From contig NC_134033.1 of the NCBI RefSeq assembly GCF_964204645.1, forward strand, positions 4,054,231 to 4,118,230: a stretch of 64,000 nucleotides of DNA, in the 5' to 3' direction. The notes under the pieces are model-generated. The model was given only the letters and a program-made list of their open reading frames with translations. It was not told the origin of the DNA and ran no database searches. A program made the translations under genes and the position numbers. Source of the DNA: Tubulanus polymorphus (lineage: Eukaryota > Animalia > Nemertea). Positions within the stretch are counted from its first letter, which is position 1; each line of letters starts with the position of its first letter. Shown here piece by piece: positions 39,701 to 52,300 of this stretch.

Positions 39701-42700
39701 TTGAATTAATTAAAATAACATCGGGAATAATTTGATCTCTGGTTCTATTTAAGTCTGTATTTGTTGAATTGTTCGCGTCGTTTATCGTTGAATTGTGTTT
39801 GTTTTTGATGTCGATTCTCTCAGATTCACAATCACAAATGAATGTCGTGTGCGTCTCCTCGATTTGACACGGGAATCGAACCCAGTTCGCTGATCCTCGT
39901 GGATTATTCAGTATCATCGCCGTACACGGCATATTGACGTCATTTATCGGTTGTTTTCTTAGCAGAGATATCAATCCTCGAATAACTTCTGGTATCGTTT
40001 CATTAATAACAGGTTTATACCACTCTGTGTAGCTCAAAGGTTTACCGTCAGTCCACGTGTAATAACCATCATTCTGTTTCGTGAAGAAAATGAAATATAT
40101 CACTTCTTTAAAAATCTTTCTATTTTAATTAATATTGGAATACATTAGTCTTACCTTCCATTTTAATCCAATCATCATTATGAGCGCTTTTAATGTGTAC
40201 GCCATTCGGAGAAGTCGTGTAGCGAATAATCTTTTGATGGAAATCATTTCCTGTTCTGAGTTGATGCTGAGTAGATGTCCCGCGTACTTCTGTCTACAGT
40301 ATATTTCAGCGTTCTCCCAATTCAGACGTTCATCTCTGATGAATTTGATGCAAGAAATCCCAGAATCCAGAAATCCTTGTTTACAGTAGAAATCATCGAA
40401 ATGTTTAATCGGTAACGACTCGTGTAAAGTGTATTGTATTTGAAATGTTGGAATACGATTCTTAACTTCAAAACGCAGAGTATTATCTGTTAAACTATAA
40501 AATATAAGTCCACGAACCGCATTATTTTCACATATTTTAGTTTCATGTTGGGTACTAATAATTTTAAACATTTTTCCATTTAGGAAAAGGGTGAAAATCA
40601 TAAGCTGCACCAAAATGATAGGATCTTTCACGCTGTTTGTTTCACACGAAACAAATCCAATAGATTTGACAATGAATCTGTAATATTGAAATATATTTGG
40701 TTGCATCGGGTTTTCAAATTCATATGAAATCGATTCTGATGTACGTCGTGCCTCACCCGGGTAGTTCGGTGACTGCACGAGTCCACATTTATCTTTAGTA
40801 GTAACTGGAAGACGGGAACCGGCAAATCCAAAACTATCCGCTTTTTTCACTCCTAGACATTTACGACGTAGTTTAACTATCAGTGGTTCCCGCCAGAACC
40901 CGAACTCATTAACTGTGAAATCTGCAGTGTTTAATACGAGACTGTTATTAAGAAACTGATTACTCAAACTCAGAAACTGATCACATGGCAATGACATCTT
41001 GAGAAAACATCGGTCAATTTGATATTCGTGTTCTGATAATATGTGAATATTTTTCAAGCGAAGGCGTCGATTTTCAGGTGTAATCACGATACAGTGTGAC
41101 GTCATATTGATCTGACGTTCTTCTTCCTGTAGAACATAACCGTCACAATCAGTAGGAGCGAATGTAAGATATGACCTGCTGGGATCACCATCTGTTAACT
41201 GATTGTTATAGTAATAAGCGTATGCTACTACAGTAACCGGTCCACCTGATGTAATCAGGCTGACGACAGATCGACCGTAGTATGAACCAGGACAATAAGG
41301 ACCATAGCGTCTAGCTGTGAAATTACTACCATCAAATATATAAAAACCAGCTCGATCACAGTTTTCTGATAGCACTGTTAGTTTCAACTGTTTTTCATAG
41401 ATGTTCACTTTCCAGTTTAGTTGTAATGTAGTTACACGATACAATGTATTCTTTGATCTCGGGAACAAACGATTAGCTGATAATGACGTCGTGCTTACAT
41501 AATTCTGAAATATTAGAGAATTGTTTACAACATTGAACGTTTACAATACAACAATTTCAAACTCTGTACGACCTCGATATTTTGATAATAGTTCAAAATG
41601 TTGCAATCAAATATTAACTTAAATTCTTCCACAAATCATCATAATTACTCTGCGTAAACAACGAGTGCGTCCGAATATATTGTAATTTGGGTCACACATA
41701 ACGTTGTTATTCCATGTTTCTCGGTAAAGTTTAACTGGTCAAAATCGACATCGAAATCATAGATGATTACAATGATTCTATTACACGAACCTAATCTACG
41801 AATCACTGTTATAACTTACCCATATCTGTTCCTTGTTGACGTAAACGTCTGATATTGTCATCGACTTCACTTCATATTCTATTTTCAAATTCGATCCTAA
41901 AAAATCCGATGTCGTCAAAACGCACAGAATCACGAGAAATCCGTCTGATTTTACACTCAGAGATTTAAGATGGTTAAAACTGAGTAAAATATCAGTTTTC
42001 ACAATACGTAACCCTTCCTGTTTATATACACCAACGACACCTGGTGACGAGACGAGATCACGTTTCCAGTTGAAGACGACGTACTGCAGAACATCGACTG
42101 TGATAGACCAGCAGTATAAGTGTTTAGACTGAGTTACTATATGTGGTATTCCATCAATTGTAGTGAGCAGTCCTGATTTATTATAGACTTGAATTAACGG
42201 GTTAGACATGTTCCAATCTGATATTTTGTAAATTTGCACGAGTAGCTTCGACTGAAAATATGGGTATCCTATTGAAATAAATTCAATACGTGCTTTATTA
42301 GTTTTAGTATAAAACGATGAAGGTGGATGTCCGGTTTGTTCTCGTATAAGAGCTATAGGTTTACTGGTGCTGTTCCATCCGTCGTAAATTTGAGGACGAG
42401 TTTTTATTGGATCCTCACCTGGTCTTAATCTGAAATCTATCTGTAACAACGTAAAATTCATGGCAAACCCGTCTGGCATCCCGATCCATTCTAACAACAA
42501 TTTACATCGCGCGGTAGAAATCGTGAATTTATAACCTGTTTCAGTTGGTATTTTGTTAACTGCATGTTTTGAACATGTATGTAAGATTTTCAAGCGACTC
42601 TGTTCTTCATAACGATATATGATATAAACCCGACTACCTCGCGCTCCATCAACGTTACTCCTAAACAACAACGAAATCAAATCGTTACTGCGGATATCTA

Positions 42701-43049
42701 GTTGTTTTCTTCCGGTAGCGCAGAGTTTGTTGTCGGACTCACCGACGAGAAGGTAGTTTTCGTTACAGAATATCGACGGCTCGATGTCGTAGTAAACTTG
42801 AACGAGAAAACTTCCCGGTAAAGAGCTGTTGACGAACCAACGACATTCAACACCGCGCACTAACGACGGATAGTTCGGTGAAACGATGTAACCGGACGTA
42901 GAATCGACGGAGTATTGAGTGTTGTTACAAGATGAACTGACTGTAACAGACGCGGCTTCCTCGACAGAGTTTGCGCGATCAGCCCGCGTAAATATACAGT
43001 CTCCGCAAGCGATCAGTAAAACTACGAACAACGCTTTCATTCGCTGCAT
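36798..43049 (-). CDS. GRL101-like leucine-rich-repeat GPCR with CUB, C-type lectin and LDLa ectodomain, copy 3 (intact, about 1951 aa)
   Basis: Exons 43049-41820, 41504-40155 and 40073-36798, all phase-0 GT-AG joins. Signal peptide MQRMKALFVVLLIACGDC; CUB motifs (GYIVSPNYP..CRW, CGLVQSPNYPG); a CTLD split by intron 2 (IGLKWK/NDGYYTWTDGKPLSYTEW); about 7 LDLa (CD...DC..GSDE); LRRNT and LRRs; hinge FCC...FSTCSDLM; 7TM with NPLLY. Confidence 0.9.
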
Positions 43050-44509
43050 ATTGAACACAATTCACGCTTCAAAACAAACACTTTTCTAACTATTTCCAAG
43101 TTTGCGCGACATTTCTCAAACGAGTAGCTGCAAAGTAATGACGTATTCGCAAATGTCTGTAGTTGACGAATGGATCAGAGTCCAATTATTTTGTAAAAAA
43201 AAAATCCGCGCATCAAACTGGCGCCAGTCTCGTATTTGTGAAACTTTCATCTGTTCTCGGTTTCGCTGTAGTTACCGCGGTTTCTAAATTTAGACGTGTT
43301 TCAATATATCGTTTTTATAATCACGCGCAATTTTTTCACTCAAAATATATTCACCGTCGCTACTGAACTGCGTACCGAATGATATTTTCTCTTTCGTTAC
43401 TGCAAAATATTCCTCGGGTTCTGTTCAACTGAAATCGAACGTATTTCTTCTATTTTCAAAGACCGAGGACAATAACACGACGCAGTATGAACTGGTTCGG
43501 TCATTTGCCGTTCAATGGACACGAGCACCACCGGCTGGAATAATAGCAGGATAGTACTTATTTCAACATCAAATATCTTCTCGAATACATATCGAATGTG
43601 TGACGTGGATGATCAGATATTCTACCAGTTCTCGGTAACCTTTAGGGTTCGCTTTAAAAGCCGCATTAAATCCCTTTGAAAATCGAATTATCGCGAGCAA
43701 AATTTGTACAACAATACATAGATTTGTAGAGCAGTTTATACCGTGTCGTGCTGTCGGTCACGGGCGATTCCTCGTCCTCGCGAGAATCGGCATCGACAGA
43801 CGATCTCAGCAATCACGGTCGCTCCATGTCCGCCGAGAACGATATCGACACATCAATGAACGGTCAAACTCTTGGAAACGTCAGCTTTGACTTTCCGAAT
43901 GAGTAAATCGCGCTTCGCGTAACTAAGAAATTGAAAATCTATACTCAGATGCATATAAACGAAAATTCTAAATTATTGATTATGTTTGGTAAACAGGACG
44001 GAATATTTCTTTTTGAAATATTGATTCCGATTAAATCGTCAATTTCTGTAGGGAGAGTTTTTCTTAACCAATATTGACCTTGTCGTGGCTTGCTTAACTA
44101 TATAATATGAATACAGTCAACTCCCGATATACAGCCCTCCCATTTACCGTTACCCCCGCCTACCCCCAGGTTTTCTCAATGTACATCTCTTTATACAGAT
44201 ACACGTACATAGTAAACTATAAAGAAGAACATTCGTGATTCATAAATTCTCGTTTGCCTTCGGCGTTCGGTGGATTACGGTGCCGAGTATGGGATATAGT
44301 TCCGCTCGTATTGATTCTGATTCGTTATCGAAAAATCCTCGTGATAATCCGATTATATTCATAAGAAAATAAAAAAGTATGTCTTGTAGTGTGTTATCAA
44401 TACCGTACTAAAAGAAAAATCAAACGAATCACTCTTACACACACACGCTCACACTACATCAGTGAATACATTCATAGATTAATAAGTCGTCATCTATGTA
44501 AACGTCTAT

Positions 44510-45438
44510 GGGGCCGTGCATAAAGTACGTACGTCCGTAGGGGGGGGGGGGTTCTTAAAATCCGTACAAAAGCGTACAGGGGGAGGGGAGGGGTCAGCTG
44601 AAAACGTACATACTTTCCAAGGGGGGAGGGTTAATATTAATAGTACGTACTTTGTGCACGAAACATAATGTGATTTCACAAATATCCCCGTTTTGCCGAC
44701 GATCATAAGTGTGTCTAGTGAAAATAAAATGAATATATTACTTGAAGTTTGTTGGATTATTTTTTCACATTCGACTGTTTGGGGTTCGATCATAAGCCGT
44801 AGCTGTCGCTAATTGCTCATTTAAACATACACTATTGTTTCAACATTGGTACTCTTTATTAGATCCTACGATAATGGCCGCTACGAAATATGACCAGTTT
44901 ATGGAGGCATACAAAGCCGCATATTCTGACATTTTACAATTGTTTTTTATTAAACTGACTTGAAGATAAATCTGTTGAAATGATAGATACATCTGTTAAT
45001 AATTATATTCAATAGGTAGTAGAATAAAACAAACAATAGTTTATTTTTATTGTGATCATTATTTTAATATAAACATCTATGCCTGTGGGTAAACCTGTCT
45101 TCCTTTAATGTACAGCAAACACTGACTTAATTGCGAAACCGGTCTCCCTGGGTTTGTTGCATTCAATATATTATACTTGGATCTCGGGAATTCCCCACTT
45201 TCAGTCTTTCATTTCGTCGCCATGGAAGATCGTTGATCAACGTCAGCAGGAACTCTGTTGAATCAGGGTGGATTTTGCCTTCTTTAAACCATTATTCCTG
45301 AAAATTCTGTTTTACTGGGGGGGGGGGGGGTTACCCCTAAAAGTGTGTACGCAAAGGGGGTTATAAAAAAACGTACAATGAGCGTACAAGGGGGGAGGGG
45401 GGTTAAAAATACCCGGAAGTCAAGCGTACGTACGTACT
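44510..45438. mobile_element. Non-autonomous DNA transposon with GGGGCCGTGCATAAAGTACGTACG end (Zator-like); right end truncated
   Basis: TIR-like left end, G-tract/CGTAC subterminal repeats at both ends, and absent from the paralogous spacer at 56400-56530. Confidence 0.6.
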
Positions 45439-45640
45439 AATAACTACGAAAATAACACTATTTCATATGAACTGTTTAGATAAAGTAGTGATAAAAAAAC
45501 TGAATGGACCATAGGCCCAAAGATCACCGTTAATATCTGTCCTTTGTTCTTTAGATTCATTACTAGAGTTTGGTGGACGACCATGAACACTAAAACGATT
45601 CGTTTAAAAGCACTTTAATTGCTACTGAAGTGTTCTTAAT

Positions 45641-48600
45641 CTACTTCTTTTGTTGACGTTTATATCTCGTTCTAATTGATTTCATATCGATCGTCAGTAT
45701 TGTATAAAGAAGCGGATTCAGAGACGAGTTGATCGGTAAAAATAGAACGGCCAGCCAAGCGGCCACCTGGTTCGGTATCTCGACCGAAAATACGGCGCAA
45801 AACTGAACGATTATTATCGGTAGCCAGCAAAATAAATTACAAAGATTGATTACTAAACTCCTTCGAGCTAAAACCAGTTCGGTAGGATCGGCTCTACCCG
45901 AGCCCGACCTACTTCCAGATACGAGTCTATACATCTGAGCGTACGTCGTCATTATCGTAGCCAATATGGCCGCATTAAACAAGGCAAAAATAGCGAATGA
46001 ATAGTGCCAGCCATTGACGTCGATCGTCAGTAAATTCATTGGCAAACAAACTCCGGTTGTACCGTAAAAATTGTCTCCGAAGTAAGACGACGATGACAGC
46101 GGTAGAATAGAAACTGTGCTTATAACGAGCCAACAAATGCAGCAAATACCGATAACGTATTTCGGAGTTATAATCGGACTTCTAGAAAACGGGTTGACGA
46201 TATTTGAATATCTCTGACGAGTTAGAATTAAGAGAAAAGTCAAGGAACCTTCGCACGAAACGGTGACAATAACCCCGGCGAGACGACATAATGAGCTATC
46301 CGTCCAGGTTTCAGAATTCAGATAATAAACGCCTTGGAACACGTGGTCAGCTCCTGCGATCAAAAACAAATAGACCGACATCAGAAAATCACAACCGGCA
46401 ATATTTATGATGAGGATATCTGAAGATGTGTTACGTGTTCCGGGGGATTCCCTCCGCAAAGCTTGAACGCGAAATAAAATAACGATACTGTTAGCGAGAA
46501 AACTGAAAGATGCGATCATCCAGATGACGGCTCTCAGTACAGCGTTACCCATCAGGTCAGAGCAGGTCGAAAATTGATCAGCTTCGGGAAGACATCGGTC
46601 AACATTCGGTGCCATGCAGCAAAATTTGTAAGCATTCGAAGCGAGGTATCTCAATGATGTAAGATCGCCAAGAACGTTCCTTTTTACAAATATTACTTCG
46701 GAATTCTTGACAAGATCTAAAATTTCGAGTTTAGCCAGTCCAGAAAAAGCATAGCTAGAAATATAATGTATTTTGTTACTGCTGATATTTAACGACTGTA
46801 ATGCGGATAAACCTTTAAATACATTTTCACCGAGAACCGATATAGAAAGTCCGTGAAGATCGAGAACAGTAAGTGACGTCATACCTCGGAAACTACCGTC
46901 TTCTAAATGTTGCAGCGGATTTCCGATAAGAAATAGTTCTTTTAAATTGATCAAACCTGCGAATGTATTAGCAGATAATGATGTTATGCGGTTGTGTGTA
47001 AGGTCTAACGTGTATAGATTTTTTAGATTAGAAAACGTGTTTGGAACGATGTAAGACAAATTATTGCCCGAAATATCGAGAAAACGAAGATAAATGATAG
47101 AGTTGAACGTCGACACGTTAAATACGACTCGGTTATTCGACAAAATCAAAACCCGAGTTGATTCTATAAAACGACCAGTAATATCTGATAAAAGACCATT
47201 TTCACAATCGATGAAATGACCCCGGCAATTACAACGTTCAGGACACGTGACCTTACAGTATGACTCGTCATCCGAGTTATGTTTACAATTTACGAAACCG
47301 TCGCAAACTTCAGATTGCGGAATACATCGATTTTCCTGGCCACATTTAAACATTCCCGGACACGACCAAGTCTCGCAGTTTCGTTCATCTTCTGAATTAG
47401 GACAATCGGATCGACCGTCACAAACGTGTCTGATCGGTATACAGTAAGATGCCGGACATTTTACAGTACCAGCCGCGCATTCGAAGTCATTACACGCGAG
47501 TATATGTTTAAGATTTCTACATACCGGGAAACCAATCGGCATCCTTTCTAAAATACACCTTTCGTGTCGGGAATAACAGCGAGGAGAATTGAACGAACAT
47601 CTTTGTTCATCCGATTCCTTACACAGATCTGTGAAACGAGTCGAACATTGATTGTCATCATTACAGTAAACCTCGGGATTCACTGTCATATTAGTAACCA
47701 ATTCGTCTTCTTCGAGACTTCCGCTACAATCCACGACACCATCCCGATACAACTGAAAACTAATACATTCACCGTCCGCGCACGAGAACCCCTGACAAAG
47801 TTCGGAAGTACATCCAACCTCATCGGAACCGTCTTTACAGTTGGCTAGTCCGTCACATCGTTTATAACTATCGATACATTGGTGATTGGAACAGCGATAT
47901 TGCGTAGATAAACACGGTGGATGATAGCACGAGTTCTCATCCGAGCCATCGACGCAATCTCTCATAAAGTCGCAGAAACCGCTAATCGATATAACCTGTC
48001 CATCGTTACAGCGGAACTGACTGTGTAAATTGATATCCGTACAATCGAGTTCATCTTCACCGTGTTGACAGTCGTGTCTGGTATCACATACGCGATGGTC
48101 GCTGATACATCTTTGATCGTTACATTCAAACTGCCACGATTTACAACCGCTTATAGAAGCTAACTCATCACCAGTTACATTATAGGTACATAACACGGAA
48201 TGCACTTTATCTTTTGTATCATCGAAAGGTTTCAATAACCATTTCACTGATTGAATATGAGTAATTTCATTTCTTGTCACCAGTGGTTTGATAACTTTAA
48301 ATCCGTCGCGGTCCATTGTCAGTATAGCGCCATATTGATGACGATATTGAAATTTGCTGACCAAATTGTTCATATCGCTTTCTGTGTTTAAGGTTATTCT
48401 GACTATTTCGGCGCGGATGCTGTGACACATTTCTCTAGCACTCCGAATATTCAAACCTCGATTGTTTTTCCAGTCGGTTAGTATTTGATAACATTGTCTG
48501 GAACTAGTTACCCAACCTCTTGGACAGGTTGAATTAATTAAAGTAACATCGGGAATAATTTGATCTCGGGTTTTGTTTAAGTCTGTATTTGTTGAATTGT

Positions 48601-51600
48601 TCGCATCGTTTATCGTTGAATTGTGTTTGTTTTTGATGTCGATTCTCTCAGATTCACAAATGAATGTCGTGTGCGTCTCCTCGATTTGACACGGGAATCG
48701 AACCCAGTTCGCTGATCCTCGTGGATTATTCAGTATCATCGCCGTACACGGCATATTGACGTCATTTATCGGTTGTTTTTTTGCGGAGATATCAATCCTC
48801 GAATAACTTCTGGTATCGTTTCATTAATAACAGGTTTATACCACTCTGCGTAGCTCAATGGTTTACCGTCAGTCCACGTGTAATAACCATCATTCTGTTT
48901 CGTGAAGAAAATGAAATATATCACTTCTTTAAATATCTTTCTATTTTAATTAATATTTGAATACATTAGTCTTACCTTCCATTTCAATCCAATCATCATT
49001 ATGAGCGCTTTTAATGAGTACGCCATTCGGAGAAGTTCTGTAGCGAATAATCTTTTGATGGAAATCATTTCCTGTTCTGAGTTGATACTGAGTAGATGTC
49101 CCGCGAACTTCTGTCTACAGTATATTTCAGCGTTCTCCCAATTCAGACGTTCATCTCTGATGAATTCGATGCAGGAAATTCCGGAATCCAGAAAACCTTG
49201 TTTACAGTAGAAATCATCGAAATGTTTAATCGGTAACGACTCGTGTAAAGTGTATTGTATTTGAAATGTCGGAATGAAATTGTTTACTTCAAACCGCAGA
49301 GTATTTCCTCTTAAACTATAAAATATAAATCCACGAACCGCGTTATTTTCACATATTTTAGTTTCATGTTGAGTTTCAATGGTTTTGAAATATTTCCCAT
49401 TATGAAAGGGTTCGTAATTGATTGATTGTATCAAAATAATCGGATCATTTCGACCGAATCTGTCTGTTTCACATGATACAGATCCAATAAATTTGACAAT
49501 AAATCTGTAATATTGAAATATATTTTGTTGCATCGGGTTTTCAAATTTATATGTAATAGATTTTGATGTAAATCCTGCCCAACCCGGGTAGTTCGGTGAC
49601 TGCACGAGTCCACATTTATCTTTAGTAGTAACTGGGAGACGGGAACCGGCAAATCCAAAAATATCCGCTTTTTTCACTCCTAGACATTTACGACACAGTT
49701 TAAGTATTAGTGGTTCCTGCCAGAATACAAACCCTCCTGCTAAATCAATAGTGTTTAATACGAGACTGTTATTAAGAAACTGATTACTTAAACTCAGAGA
49801 CAGATCACATCGCAATGAAATCTTGAGAAAACATCGGTCAATTTGATATTCGTGTTCTGATAATATGTGAATATTTTTAAAGCGAAGGCGTCGATTTTCA
49901 GGTGTAATCACGAGACAGTGTGACGTCATATTGATCTGACTTTCGTCTTCCTGTAGAACATAACCATCACAATCAGTAGGAGCAAATTTAAGATATGAGC
50001 TACCAACTGTTAACTGATTGTTATAGTAATAAGCGTATGCTACTACAGTAACCGGTCCACCTGATGTAATCAGGCTGACGACAGATCGACCGTAGTATGA
50101 ACCAGTACAATACGGACCATAGCGTCTAGCAGTGAAATTACTACCATCAAATATATAAAAACCAGCTCGATCACAGTTTTCTGATAGCACTGTTAGTTTC
50201 AACTGTTCTTCATAGATGTTCACTTTCCAGTTTAGTTGTAATGTAGTTACACGATACAATGTATTCTTTGATCTCGGGAACAAGTGACCAGCTATTATTG
50301 GTGTCACGCCTCCATCATTCTGAAATATCAGGAAATTGATAACAGCATTGAACGTTTACAATCAATTTTTACGTTTACAATCCTCCCCCATAATAAACTT
50401 TTGTCCCTATGTCTCTGGTCAATATCACCTAGTTTTTATGTGCTATTGTGTGTGTCGTTCTTGCTTAATATATGTACTGTGTAATGCCCATCCTCCCCCG
50501 GCAGGGATTCGAACCTGATGGCATCGAGATTTCCACAGCACGAAACCCTGCCATAATCGACCGTGTGCGCAGATACATGCGCAGTTCAGATGATGTGATT
50601 TTTAGCCAATCAGAAATCCCGTTTTGTTTTAGCCCGGGTTTTCCCATTTATAGTTCTTCCTTGAAATTTGCCTCAACGTTTATACAACGAGCAATCTGAT
50701 TGGTGCCGCCAGTTTTCGTTCGGAAAGCTGCGCATGTACCTGCGCACCCGGTCTACTGATGCAGGGGTTCGTGCCGTGGCTGAGTGTAGCGATGCCATCA
50801 GGTTCGAGTCCCTGCAGAGGGAGGATGTGTAATGCCATACTTTTAGTCACTCTTGAAAATGGTTTTTAGCATAAAACCGAAAAATTCGAGGTTTTTAATA
50901 AATTTTGATAGTTTTGATGTTTTAAAATCTTTATCGATCCTGTGATTGTGGGACTTATATTTCATTCGTTTTTCGATTTATTGCGTAGTTTTATCACATT
51001 GAACAATACAACAATTTCAAATACCCTATTACAATGATTCTATTACACGAACCCAATTTACAAATCACTGTAATAAACTTACCGATATCTGTGGCTTGTT
51101 GACGTAGACGTCTGATATTGTCATCGATTTCGCTTCAAATTCTATTTTCAAATTCGATCTTACAAAATCCGATGTCGTTAAAACGCACAGAATCACGAGA
51201 AATCCGTCTGATTTTACACTCAGAGATTTAAGATGGTTAAAACTGAGTAAAATATCAGTTCTCACAATACGTAACCCTTCCTGTTTATATACACCAACGA
51301 CACCTGGTGACAAGACGAGATCACGTGTCCAGTTGAAGACGACGTACTGCAGAACATCGACTGTGATAGACCAGCAGTATAAGTGTTTAGACTGAGTTAC
51401 TATATGTGGTATTCCATCAATTGTAGTGAGCAGTCCTGATTTATTATAGACTTGAATTAACGGATTAGAGATGTTCCAATCTGATATTTTGTAATCTTGC
51501 ACGAGTAACTGCGACTTCAAACTTCTTTCAATTTCAATGCGTGCTTTATTAGTTTTAGTATAAAACGATGAAGGTGGATGTCCGGTTTGTTCTCGTATAA

Positions 51601-52300
51601 GAGCTATAGGTTCACTGGTGCTGTTCCATCCGTCGTAAATTTGAGGACGAGTTTTCATCGGATCCTCACCTGGTCTTAATCTGAAATCTATCTGTATAAA
51701 CGTTAAATTCATTGCAAACCCGTCTGGCATCCCGATCCATTCTAACAACAATTTACATCGGTAAGCAGAAATCATAAATTCTTGACCTGTTTGAGTTGGT
51801 AATTTTTTTACTGCACGTTTATGACATGTGTCTAAGATTTTCAAGCGACTGTGTTCTTCAAAACGATATATGATATAAACCCGACTACCTCGCGCTCCAT
51901 CGACGTTACTCCTAAACAACAACGAAATCAAATCGTTACTGCGGATATCTAGTTGTTTTCTTCCGGTAGCGCAGAGTTTGTTGTCGGACTCACCGACGAG
52001 AAGGTAGTTTTCGTTACAGAATATCGACGGCTCGATGTCGAAGTAAACTTGAACGAGAAAACTTCCCGGTAAAGAGCTGTTGACGAACCAACGGCATTCA
52101 ACACCGCGCACTAACGATGGATAGTTCGGTGAAACGATGTAACCGGACGTAGAATCGACGGAGTATTGAGTGTTGTTACAAGATGAACTGACTGTAACAG
52201 ACGCGGCTTCCTCGACAGAGTTTGCGCGATCAGCCCGCGTAAATATACAGTCTCCGCAAGCGATCAGTAAAACTACGAACAACGCTTTCATTCGCTGCAT
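45641..52300 (-). CDS. GRL101-like GPCR copy 4 (exons 52300-51083, 50319-48976, 48894-45641) with one 1-bp frameshift in a homopolymer
   Basis: All splice sites are conserved. The distance from the exon 3 acceptor to MPCT is 140 bp versus 141 bp in copy 2, because of a T7 run at 48776-48782. Pseudogene or assembly error. Confidence 0.8.
50489..50827. mobile_element. 339-bp MITE with a 9-bp TSD (Mutator-like) in intron 1 of copy 4
   Basis: TIRs of about 100 bp CATCCTCCC..GCAGGGA(T/C)TCGAACCTGATGGCATCG. TSD TGTAATGCC at 50480-50488 and 50828-50836. Absent from the paralogous intron of copy 2. Confidence 0.9.

Noticed and set aside
43745-43860. Minus-strand CVDIVLGGHGATVIAEIVCRC as the missing expansin DPBB exon
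   Set aside because: In-frame stop immediately upstream, no conserved D in the D.CP motif, and no convincing splice sites.
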